Assembly (NCBI GenBank): GCA_030704615.1
Contig: CM060732.1
Location: 2,666,001 to 2,730,000 of the forward strand
Direction: 5' to 3'
Origin: Takakia lepidozioides
Lineage: Eukaryota > Plantae > Bryophyta
DNA length: 64,000 bases
Positions within the stretch are counted from its first letter, which is position 1, and the number at the start of each line of letters is the position of its first letter. The translations under genes were made by a program, and so were the position numbers. The notes under the pieces are model-generated. The model had not been told where the DNA came from, made no database searches, and saw only the letters and a list, made by a program, of their open reading frames with translations. Of this stretch, positions 12,330 to 23,603 are shown piece by piece.

Positions 12330-15300
12330 AAATACCCCCTCCTGTGCACGCACGTGGCTGGTACATATTGGCTGGAGTGCACCCCCCAGGGGTCTGGTAT
12401 GCACTCCCTTACGGGGTGAGTGCATACCACACTCATCCCATAAGGGAATGCCATACCAGGGGCAGGCTGGTGGGATCCCTCTCTCTCCCTCTCTCCCTCT
12501 CCCTCTGTACAAGGAATTTGCTTGTACTTTTTCCAAAACCCAGGCCGGCTTGGACTAATGTTGTCTAAACCTTTTTTAATCCACAATGGATGTAATCACG
12601 AAAATGGAGGAATTCCATTATAGCAATTTCTCTGATTACTGGGTTCTTTGGATGAGTTTGGTCATGAAAACTAAACCCTAATGAAAGCCAGACTCTACTT
12701 TTGGCTGCCATCACTACTGGATGACATCATGATGGAATTAGGGAAATACTTTACATTATCTATTTTTCATCTATTCTGGATGAAATCGCGAAGGTTTGCC
12801 CTATCTCTTCCTCCGCCCTTAAACTCTGCACGATACTCGTGCGTTTTGATTCTGATGGAGCTGAGAGATGGTGTCAGAGGGATCATTTAAGCACAAATCT
12901 TGTGAATCTGATGGCTATGGAGAAGCTTTATGACAGCCTGCAAGTGCTCTGGCAAGATTTCCAGTACTTTTCAAATCCCCTTGGGGTATACAAAGGCGGC
13001 TGAGCTTCAATTCCCTCAATGAGGTTGTCTCTTCCCTTGGCGGGCAACTTACTTTAAGCTGTGACTGCTTGCCGTTCCATTCAATGGTCATTAAGATCCA
13101 GCGCCGCTCTTAAACCATCAGGAAGTCCCTTCACCTGATAAAATGCTCGTAGATTTCAGCAAACCATTGTTTGTTTGGGCTGTCGATTATCGAGTTCTTG
13201 GAGCTATGTCGAATCCTCTTCCACAAAACTTAAGGTTGTGGATATCTTTGCTTTGCTTTTGATCTCTTCTTGCTTTCTGAACGCATGTTGTACAGCGATA
13301 ACAAGCGTGAGGCCTGATATTCACCTGGGGTTCCACATCTTCACTAACTTCATTGTTTTTTGACTGCATGTGTGATGGACCAGGTGAGGGCCCTCACTTA
13401 ATATGATTCACGAAGCTTGCAATTGATTGAAAAACTAGCAAGATGAAGTGAAGTCGATCAAGCTGTTTCTTCAGGGAGCTGATTCGAATCTGCCCCCATT
13501 TCTTGATCTTTCTAGCTATGCTTCCAACTCTTCCTGTTGAGCATTAACACATTAGATGAGCTTTATTAGAACACATACTTTCTATTAAAGACTCTTGCCT
13601 TTGATTTCTGCTACACTACGTGATGATGCTGGATTTGCTGTCTTACAGCACAGCATGAGCTTTTTATTTCGGTCTATGGGACTGGTATGATGCTGTGGCT
13701 TGAATGATATCAAGCAGATAAGTAAGAGGACATAAGGAACCACAATCCTTTGTTTTTCGGCCAGTATGATGCTGATGCAGACCATATGGGTTCCTGTCCT
13801 TCTCTACTTGTTTGTGACCTTGCAAGTACCTTGCTGGAGTAGATACAGATTGCCCCAAGACCTAAAACGGGCTCTGGATAGACTGGCTTTACTACTAAGG
13901 CATATACCATGACATGTTTTTCTGGATTTCTTTATAGTCTGTGACTATCAGTAATCAAATACCCCCTCCTGTGCACGCACGTGGCTGGTACATATTGGCT
14001 GGAGTGCACCCCCCAGGGGTCTGGTATGCACTCCCTTACGGGGTGAGTGCATACCACACTCATCCCATAAGGGAATGCCATACCAGGGGCAGGCTGGTGG
14101 GATCCCTCTCTCTCCCTCTCTCCCTCTCCCTCTGTACAAGGAATTTGCTTGTACTTTTTCCAAAACCCAGGCCGGCTTGGACTAATGTTGTCTAAACCTT
14201 TTTTAATCCACAATGGATGTAATCACGAAAATGGAGGAATTCCATTATAGCAATTTCTCTGATTACTGGGTTCTTTGGATGAGTTTGGTCATGAAAACTA
14301 AACCCTAATGAAAGCCAGACTCTACTTTTGGCTGCCATCACTACTGGATGACATCATGATGGAATTAGGGAAATACTTTACATTATCTATTTTTCATCTA
14401 TTCTGGATGAAATCGCGAAGGTTTGCCCTATCTCTTCCTCCGCCCTTAAACTCTGCACGATACTCGTGCGTTTTGATTCTGATGGAGCTGAGAGATGGTG
14501 TCAGAGGGATCATTTAAGCACAAATCTTGTGAATCTGATGGCTATGGAGAAGCTTTATGACAGCCTGCAAGTGCTCTGGCAAGATTCCAGTACTTTTCAA
14601 ATCCCCTTGGGGTATACAAAGGCGGCTGAGCTTCAATTCCCTCAATGAGGTTGTCTCTTCCCTTGGCGGGCAACTTACTTTAAGCTGTGACTGCTTGCCG
14701 TTCCATTCAATGGTCATTAAGATCCAGCGCCGCTCTTAAACCATCAGGAAGTCCCTTCACCTGATAAAATGCTCGTAGATTTCAGCAAACCATTGTTTGT
14801 TTGGGCTGTCGATTATCGAGTTCTTGGAGCTATGTCGAATCCTCTTCCACAAACACTTAAGGTTGTGGAATATCTTTGCTTTGCTTTTGATCTCTTCTTG
14901 CTTTCTGAACGCATGTTGTACAGCGATAACAAGCGTGAGGCCTGATATTCACCTGGGGTTCCACATCTTCACTAACTTCATTGTTTTTTGACTGCATGTG
15001 ATGGGACCAGGTGAGGGCCCTCACTTAATATGATTCACGAAGCTTGCAATTGATTGAAAACTAGCAAGATGAAGTGAAGTCGATCAAGCTGTTTCTTCAG
15101 GGAGCTGATTCGAATCTGCCCCCATTTCTTGATCTTTCTAGCTATGCTTCCAACTCTTCCTGTTGAGCATTAACACATTAGATGAGCTTTATTAGAACAC
15201 ATACTTTCTATTAAAGACTCTTGCCTTTGATTTCTGCTACACTACGTGATGATGCTGGATTTGCTGTCTTACAGCACAGCATGAGCTTTTTATTTCGGTC

Positions 15301-15585
15301 TATGGGACTGGTATGATGCTGTGGCTTGAATGATATCAAGCAGCTAAGTAAGAGGACATAAGGAACCACAATCCTTTGTTTTTAGGCCATGTATGCTGCC
15401 TGATGCAGACCATATGGGTTCCTGTCCTTCTCTACTTGTTTGTGACCTTGCAAGTACCTTGCTGGAGTAGATACAGATTGCCCCAAGACCTAAAACGGGC
15501 TCTGGATAGACTGGCTTTACTACTAAGGCATATACCATGACATGTTTTTCTGGATTTCTTTATAGTCTGTGACTATCAGTAATCA
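12330..15585. repeat. Near-identical tandem duplication, unit 1627 bp (12330-13956 and 13957-15585)
   Basis: Copies differ mainly by small indels. Confidence 0.93.
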
Positions 15586-16193
15586 CTTACTGCTCAAAAC
15601 CTTTTGAATCCATTTATACACTGGCCCCAGATTGAAACTAGGTCTTGGGACAAAAAACAAGATGTGTGGACTTTCCCTTCATGTGTAAATAGTTTAGAAG
15701 CTGTTTACTACTCTAATCTGACCATTATGGCTATATGAAAACTGGAACTTCTTCTCCAGTATATTAATGGGAACATGGGTGGTAATTATATGATCCCACC
15801 CCCCCTCACAGAGATTTCATGAACTGTGAGATATGTTATATGTCATCAGACTGGTTTATGAATGAAGAGTGATTGATAGTGCCTGGTTATGAGGCTGATT
15901 TGTCATACAAATTGACAAAGACCTTGTTTGGTCTTGTCCATGTCTCGACAAGACATTTTATCTTCCCTCTCTCCCTTAGACCAGTGTACTGAGTGGTGTC
16001 TGTACACATTATCAATCAATCTCCATTCTGTCACCAGATCTGCTTATGACATACTAACCTTTTTTCTGGCCATAACAGAAGGTAACCAAACACATCCCTG
16101 AATGGAGCGAGGACCTCATGACAATGGGGTACCAGCCCCCTTTACTTCCTCCGATTCCTGCAGTACAAGCTACCTTACTACAAATCACTCCAA

Positions 16194-17648
16194 GTGATTT
16201 CCATTCCACTGTGCACAGCTATGAACAGTTCAGGTGATGACAACCCTGTTTTATTGCTTGAAACATTAGCCCTGGAGGATTGGGTAGCTCTTGGAATTTG
16301 TGCAAACAGAGGTGGTATGTACCTTGAAAGACTCAAGGAGTACAATGCCAAATTGGCTAAGATATTGGAACAGGATGCTAGTGAACTGTCTTACTGGGTG
16401 GCAAACCTGGATGATGAACAGCCTGCTTCCACACAGAAATCTTCCAATGCCATGGAAAAAAAATTTATTCCATCAGTGACTAACCATCCTATTCTAGGGC
16501 ATATGATTCTGCTTGAAGGAGAAAAGGATGCAGTTAGGGATTTTTGTGAGCAGGTTGAGCTCTCTCAAGTGGAACAAGAAAGGGCTGCTGGAGCAACACC
16601 TGGTAACCTACAGTTCGTCCCTTGGTTGCCTCCAAGGGCCGTGGAGCTTGAGGTTGCAAATAACGACCACATGATGTGGCACCCGCATGCGAACGTCAAT
16701 TTGATGGCTCCCATATCAATTGATATGTGGGTAAAATGGGCCAACCTCACACCTGTAGAACGCAATAGGTGTGCAGCTGACGCAAAAGAAGGCTTCCAGA
16801 GGTTAAAAAAAGAACCACTTGCGGTCTCATGGCCTTTGAGGACCTTCTACTACAAAATGTGTGATAAGGGGGACAACATGACTTTGAGGACAAAAAATGA
16901 CCTCCCGACTGGTTCAGCAAGATCTAAGAACCACAAAAGTCAGTTGTTTAACTGGCATAGGCCATACATCAGATGCAATTGTGGACAAGGTGGTGCGCCA
17001 TCAACATGCATCGGAAGTGTAGCATGGTTCGATCACATTGTTTGGTACATGCTAAACAACCTTACGGTGTTCTTCCCTGACGATGCATTTCCTTCTATTC
17101 AAACCAAGTATTATAATTTCTTGGTGTGGATGATGAAAACAGCTAGGTCTGTTGTTTTGGCACAGGTAACCTTTCAGATGACTCGAGAGATTATCATGGA
17201 GGCTGCTTGTGAGTTTGCTGCAGATCCTGATGCTAAGGTCCTTGCCAAAATGGGTGAAGCCAAAGGTGCCATATACATTGAAAGGTTACTCAAACCTGGA
17301 ACCTTTTCAGATAGCCTCCCTAAACCACACTTCAGTGGTTACAAAAGACAACGCATGGATGGACCAGCTCCTATGCAGCAAGGCAGGGCTGGTAACAATC
17401 GGGGAAGAGGCACCCCTCTACGTGGCGGAGGCCTCTACCAAAGAGGTGGTCGTTCTGGCCGTGGGCAGAGCTCCTCCCACAACTCTGAAAACTCAAAGGC
17501 CTTCACCAGAACTTCATACGGTGGTTCTGGCTCCAATTCAAGCACCACTGTCAATATCGCCAGCCAAGAGTCTTTTCGGACTAGACAAAGCAATGGGGAG
17601 ATGTCCCCAATCCACAAGAGAGACTTCAATTCTTGGATGGACCTGTGA
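16194..17648 (+). CDS. ORF1 of the Penelope-like element; unknown protein with an RG/RGG-rich C-terminus (possible RNA binding)
   Basis: 484-aa open frame directly upstream of, and overlapping, the RT frame. Contains GRAGNNRGRG...RGGRSGRG. True start uncertain. Confidence 0.6.
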   Translation: MISIPLCTAMNSSGDDNPVLLLETLALEDWVALGICANRGGMYLERLKEYNAKLAKILEQDASELSYWVANLDDEQPASTQKSSNAMEKKFIPSVTNHPILGHMILLEGEKDAVRDFCEQVELSQVEQERAAGATPGNLQFVPWLPPRAVELEVANNDHMMWHPHANVNLMAPISIDMWVKWANLTPVERNRCAADAKEGFQRLKKEPLAVSWPLRTFYYKMCDKGDNMTLRTKNDLPTGSARSKNHKSQLFNWHRPYIRCNCGQGGAPSTCIGSVAWFDHIVWYMLNNLTVFFPDDAFPSIQTKYYNFLVWMMKTARSVVLAQVTFQMTREIIMEAACEFAADPDAKVLAKMGEAKGAIYIERLLKPGTFSDSLPKPHFSGYKRQRMDGPAPMQQGRAGNNRGRGTPLRGGGLYQRGGRSGRGQSSSHNSENSKAFTRTSYGGSGSNSSTTVNIASQESFRTRQSNGEMSPIHKRDFNSWMDL

Positions 17649-19896
17649 AGAACTCTCTCATGGTATGTTATTTTACCCTGTTTGTGCAGATGAGATAAAT
17701 GTTGGAATCAGAAGGATTGAGGCACATGCCCATGGCAGGAACTTCATTACCCATGTGTCAAAACCTGCCCCTATAGGTTTTGTACACATGCTATACCCAA
17801 ACCGGAGTATGGAGTGGATAAACCCTAAGGGTTTGATAAAATATGCATTCCTGTTTTTTGGACAAGCTGATATGACTATGATGATTGAGGAAATAATGTT
17901 TGGATGGACATATTATAAGCAGAGTAGTATTGATTACTACATGCCTACTTCTGTTTTCCGTGACTTCAACTTCATAACAGATCTGATTGAGTCACCTCCT
18001 TGCCTCTGCAATACTGCCAAGAGGTTCAAAGCCTTCTGTGATACGGGTACGCTAGCTGAATTTCAATTACGTAATTCAGCCCCCATAGAACATGTGCGTA
18101 CTATGGATCTGAACATCATAAGACACCCCAAGCTGAGAGAACTTTTCAGCCTTGGCATGAACCATATCCCGCAAAAAAGTACACTGCTCAAAGATGTTGT
18201 TGCAAAAGTGGTACTTGCTTTTTTTTAAAGTATGTGATATTTTGCATGTTGATTCTGCATTGCCATGGGCAGAAGAGTGCTGTCTATGGCTAAAAAATAC
18301 TTGCTGGGACAGATTGAAGAAAAAAGCCAGTATGACAAGGTTCAACTACTCTCATCATGAGGGAAACCCGCTTGTCATGAAAGATGCTCGTGATGAGCTA
18401 GACTGGCTTCTTAAACACGTGTATATGTCTGGTCTTGATAAGGCTAACAACAATGTTTGTTTTCTATGTGTGAAGCACATCAGAACCCAAGCCTATCACC
18501 GCTTAATGGGTAAGGATTTTAGACCATGTCTTCAAGATGAGGTATGGTCATCACCGGACTCTATTTTGGACAGCCTCTTTGGTGAAGTGCAGGACATGAT
18601 ACCTGAAATCCCTGTTACTTTTTGTAGTCTTCCTTACATGATGGGAATATACAAACTACACAAAAAAAAGTATAGATGGATTACCAATGCCCACAATTGC
18701 ATGTTCAGTGAAATTGCCAGCCTCCTTACATGTGCCACCATGTTCTTGCTGCCTTTAATCAAGGAATGGGCCAGAGCACGCTTAAACACTTATAAACAAT
18801 TCTTCAAAGTGTCTACTGCCATGTACTGGATTATAGACAGCATTACAGATTTCACTTTAAATCTTCCTACAAAAATCTATGATGTTTTTGTAGCTGACAT
18901 CACACAATGCTATGAAAATATTCCCCTGACAGGTGAAGATAACTTGGGTGATGCCATTGAGCATGTGATTAAGCTGGCTTTCCAGCAACACCATATGGAT
19001 CACCCCCGGTCACGCCATGCCCTTTGGGTCCAAACAAAGAATGGGACCTTCGGGAAGTGCAAGTGGAGTACTTCTTCCCCCAAATCAGGTACCTGGATCG
19101 AGCTTCATGAAGCCAGGTTGCTTCAGCTCCACAAATGGCTGATGTGTCATTGTTTCGTAGCATTGGGTGACCGTGTTTGGCGTCAAATTTCAGGTATCCC
19201 CATGGGTTTCTCGTGTTCACCTTTATGGTGTAACACTTATTTCCTTTCATATGAGCTTAAGTTCATCTTAAGACTGGCTGCTCTTGGTCACAATTGATTC
19301 CAAAGTTTCAACATGCTTTCCGTTATATCGATGACATATGTTGGCTTAACATTGGAAATGCAATGCTATTTCTCAATCCTGATGCAGACATGTGCAGCAG
19401 TAATCCTTGGTGAATCTACCCACTTAATGTGGTGGAAATCAAGCCTGAGTTACTAAGAACTAAGAATGGATCCCCGTATGAAGGTCTGGAAGCATGCTTC
19501 ATGAATGTCCAGATTTCTGTATTAAACCCTGAATCCGGGGAATTCCAATTTCAGAAGTATGATAAGAGAAGACTCTTACCTTTCTCTTACACCCAGTACA
19601 TCCAGTTCCTCTCTAATAGACCCGTGAATCAATCCTACAACATAGTGATTTCACAAGCTTTTCCAATTATGTATATTTCCAACAGTGTTAATCTGGCTTG
19701 GAAAGAATGTTGCTTACTCATACATACCCTTGGGAAGAATGGCTTCAAAACCAGAAAACTTACACGTATATTGATACGCTTCCTTGAGCAGGGTTCCTTC
19801 CCTGGCATGTTTTTCCCGTTACAAGAGCTCATTGAAAAGTTGAAAGGTATGTTCTACACTCATAAATATATGATTATTTACCTTCTTCATTTGTAG
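17640..19896 (+). pseudogene. Penelope-like reverse transcriptase (Naiad/Chlamys-like N-terminus), disrupted
   Basis: CLC...HVRTMDLNII..PKLRELF..G; KLHKKKYRWI; VADITQCYENIP; QISGIPMGFSCSP; RYIDD (19321-19335); YDKR...SNRP. Frameshifts at ~18225 and ~19295 and a TGA at ~19411. Confidence 0.85.
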
Positions 19897-20139
19897 CATG
19901 CTTTTTTCTTGACCTAGGGAGATGGGATTGTAGTTTTTTTATCTCTTTGGTTTTCTAACCAGTGATACAAACTACAAAGAAGAGGGAGAGCTTTTATGAG
20001 ATTGGGTCTGGTATGCACTCCCTGTTAGAGGACTGGCCATCCAATGTGCTACACTCACAACTATGCTTGACCAATCTACAAAAGAAATAAACAGTCAAGC
20101 GGAAAATGTACGAAGGCAGAAGAAGAGAATGTTGAGCAA

Positions 20140-21914
20140 ATGAAACTCATTGTCGATATGAAGAATACAATCTGTCGCAATGAGGATACTTTCAAGCAAT
20201 ACAGGCAGGTAGAAGCCGACCAAGAAAAGCACATCCTGGAGTTGCAGCAAACGGTCATGGCCAATAGAAATGAAATCTCGGTCACTAACAAGGCTTGGAA
20301 GGAAGCCAATAATCTGCTTGCTGCTTATGCGAATTTGGTTGAACCTCATGCGAAGCGCATGGAGGCTTTACAACAGCAATTAGATGTGTACAAACTTAGA
20401 GAGGAGCACACTCTCAGAGGAACCACAAGCAACTTGGTGGATAACCACCTTATGCAGGTCTGGTTAGCACAAGGGCCAGTGGAGGGCAAAGCACCACGAA
20501 AGCTCACCCAAAGCGAGATGAATGAGCTCAGGCTGCAAGTGCAGAACATTGCCACAACTACTATAGACAATGTCTATAGTAGAATAGCGGAGTTACATGA
20601 GGATGTAGACGGCCTGCAGACTCAAGTGGAGGACCTCACTTCAGATATCGACAAAAGAGTCTATATACCTGAGGAACAGCTAATGGCTTCTTATTTACAA
20701 GCCAGAACTTTGGCTTTTCAGTCTTCTTCACAGGAGGTGCAGGAAATGCCAATGGTACAAGAGCCAATGCCACCAACACCACAACAAGTCACTGTGCCAG
20801 TAGCTGACCCTGTTGTTACTACAGCCACACCACAGCCACCACAGTCTGACGTATGGGGCAATGCTGCTTTTAACCCACCTAAAACTCCAGCTGCAAGGGA
20901 GTACAGTAGGGCTATGATTATGCCCTTCAACCAAATTCCCATTGTGTTGGATTTGGTTTGGAAAGAATTTAGTCCTCCGCAATCATTCGCACATTACTAT
21001 CAAATCATGCGCATATGGCTGCCAGTGGCAACTTGGACTAAAGTTCTTCCGAACAATCGACCAATTGAGGATCATCACTTTGCACAGTACTGGCATGAGG
21101 CAGGTACCATGTTGAGGGAATTAATTGCTTTCCAAGTTGTACATGGATTCATTTATACCAAGACCAAGGAGGTAGCAAGTATTGTCATGGGATGCGGGCT
21201 ATACTACGCTGCTTGTTTTCTGGTACGTTATCACATTGAGCAACACAAGATGCAATCGCGCTTTCTGAGTTATTCCAGTGGGGATCATTGGGTCTTACCT
21301 TCAGTGCCACCTCATATGTACCTATATGAGGCAAAAGTTATGATACAAAAGGATTCTCAAATTCGTTCATGGTTTCATGCGGCCTGGAATAATTTGTCAA
21401 CACAGAAATTCGGCATTGATGATATTTTCTATAAGGGACATGTGGCATGGAAATACTTGCACAGTTCACAAGCCGTTGGTACCCCACTCACCTGGACAGA
21501 CAAGGAGCTCAGTGTCTTCACCAATTTTGCCGTTCAGGGTTACAGCAAGTTTTAAAATATAAACTTCCAGACATGGTAGGACAACATTGTATGCCCCAGA
21601 GGATTCCACAAAAAGTTCGACAATTAAAACACCTGAGAGGCGATGAGGATTCTGATACAACTATTTCTTCAGCGGATTCTTTTGACATGGGAGAAGACTA
21701 TGCAATTCAGATGGCAGAGAAGAAGCGACGGGGGTCTCCTATGCCTGAAAGATTACCTCGATACCAGCCTCCAGAGGGCCTTACATATCCAGGTAGTGTT
21801 CAATCATCTCCGTCAACCAATGGCAGACCTCGGGCTCGTACACACAGTCCGCCACGAAACTCTCAACGTCAGAAAGGTGCTCGATCACAAAGGTTTGCTA
21901 ATCCCAATCAGTAA
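20140..21914 (+). pseudogene. C-terminal part of the Gypsy extra 3' ORF (coiled-coil plus globular domain), frameshifted at ~21540
   Basis: Homologous to 52875-54647 on the minus strand; immediately precedes the PPT. Confidence 0.75.
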
Positions 21915-21935
21915 ACCGTGAGGACACGGCTTTTT

Positions 21936-21952
21936 GAGAGGGGAAGGGGTAA
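21936..21952 (+). other. Polypurine tract
   Basis: GAGAGGGGAAGGGGTAA immediately before the LTR TG. Confidence 0.85.
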
Positions 21953-22995
21953 TGTTAGAGGAATGTCTGGGACTTAGACACTTATACGAGATCTGTGGGG
22001 TACCCTTAATTTTTGCACAGACTGAGACCAACAGGAGCCTTAGGGGTGACAGCAACGCACTATAGAGGGGGGTTACACAGTCCATCACAGTCCAACACAG
22101 CCCGTCACAGTCGTCAGAGCCGACACAGCCACACAGCCAGTCACAGCCGACACAGCCAGACACAGTCAACACAGCTCGTCACAGCCCGACATAGCCATCA
22201 CAGCCAACATAGCCCGTCACAGCCGACACAGCCAGTCACAGCCTGACACAGCCAAACACGGTCGCACAGCCAGTCACAGCCCGTCACAGTTTCACATAGC
22301 CAGTCACAGCTTGACACAGCTGTCACGACCATAGGGAACGGAGAGTAGGACAGGGAACGACTGTGGGGAACAACACCTGCAAATGGAACATGTTAGTTCA
22401 CGGACGACGGTTAGTGAGGGAAACGGTTAGAGCCACGGGTAGGAAGATAAAGCGAGAAGCAAGGACTGAGAAGGGGGATTCTTGGAAGCACTTCAAGGGG
22501 GAGGACTTCTTGGTCATGCATGAGAGGGGATTGGGCGGAGAGTAAGACCGGAAGCAAAGATGGAGAGCACGGTGAAGGAGGAGAGATGATTAGTAGATGC
22601 TTGTTATATGCAAAGCTGTAGTGATATTGTAGAGCAGATTAGAGACACAATGGCTTCGGCCTGATACCTGATAAATCATAATCTGATACTTATACGATAT
22701 AATCACACTGTGTAGAGAGAGATCTGAGTGAAGCTGTGGAATGAATGGATGAGTTGATAGAATCCGATAGATTGATGAAGCAAACTGATACTTAATTATC
22801 AATAGCCAGGTAGCTAACATGAATGCGGAAAGGAAAACAAATAGGAAACACCCCCATGATACACTAGCTGTAGGTCATGACTGATTGTTCTGAGCGGGCT
22901 GAGTACTTAGAGATTTCCAACTCTTCTATCTTGGAGTTTCCGCCTCGGATAGCGAAGGGATGGGTGAGTAAAAGCTGCGCGACAGCCGCGCGACA
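21953..22995 (+). repeat. LTR (TG...CA) with internal CACAGC-type tandem repeats
   Basis: TGTTAGAGG...GCGACA; homologous to 51914-52836 and 60892-61851. Confidence 0.9.
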
Positions 22996-22997
22996 TT

Positions 22998-23015
22998 TGG
23001 CGACCATACTGGGGA
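22998..23015 (+). promoter_or_regulatory. Primer-binding site (possibly tRNA-Arg)
   Basis: TGGCGACCATACTGGGGA 2 nt after the LTR. tRNA identity is inference. Confidence 0.7.
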
Positions 23016-23037
23016 TCTGGGTCATGAACAACCAGAT

Positions 23038-23582
23038 GTGACAGGCATCTGGTGGGATCATGGTGGATGGAGAATTAAAGAATTTGATGTGAATCAAATT
23101 CCTTGTGAAACTGAGAAGGGAAGATTGTCCAAACGATTCTTCCAGAGGTTTTTGGAATTGCCAGACGGTTGTAAAGAAAACATTCTTAAGAGAGTGCATG
23201 ATGCTGACCCTGAGTGGGGTCTGGAGAAAGGAGTGATAAAGATTTATCAGGTGGCCTGTAGAGGAAGAGCACGTTGGTTACCAACATTGGTTTATGTGAT
23301 AGCATTGCTATCCATTAAGCGAGTAGAGTTTGAAGGCTGGGAGGAAAGAAAGGTGAATGTTTATACTCATATGCATGAAGAGCTTGTACTGGTAAAGAAT
23401 TGGATTCCAAAGGATATTTTGTGGATCAAACTCACACCAAGAACATCTTTTCAGACTTGTTTCCATATGGTTATATGGTAACGGATACTTCAAGTATAGC
23501 CAAGGGTGCATTGAAGCTTGAAAGAAACCCAGGCATATACGAGAGATATTACAGAAGGGAGTTTTGGTTATTGCCACATTAA
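23038..23582 (+). pseudogene. Extra ORF0 between PBS and gag (unknown function), frameshifted
   Basis: Same protein is open at 60304-~60860 (-). Confidence 0.6.
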
Positions 23583-23603
23583 AAGAAATGAAAGACATGG
23601 GAC

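Larger units (their letters stand above)
12240..20022 (+). mobile_element. Penelope-like retroelement: long non-coding leader, ORF1 and RT; no recognisable GIY-YIG endonuclease
   Basis: PLE-type RT motifs. The sequence GGGTCTGGTATGCACTCCC occurs near both ends (12390 and 20004). The 3' end is interrupted by the Gypsy insertion at 20023. Left boundary approximate. Confidence 0.65.

Noticed and set aside
12665-12685. CTAAACCCTA as a telomerase-RNA-like template or telomere remnant (also CCCTAAACCCT at ~10206-10216)
   Set aside because: Single short matches; telo-box motifs are common in plant DNA and there is no tandem telomeric array.
19405-19420. In-frame TGA in the PLE RT as selenocysteine (reported for some Naiad elements)
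   Set aside because: The context W-*-IYP fits TGG>TGA decay, the ORF also has frameshifts, and land plants lack Sec machinery.
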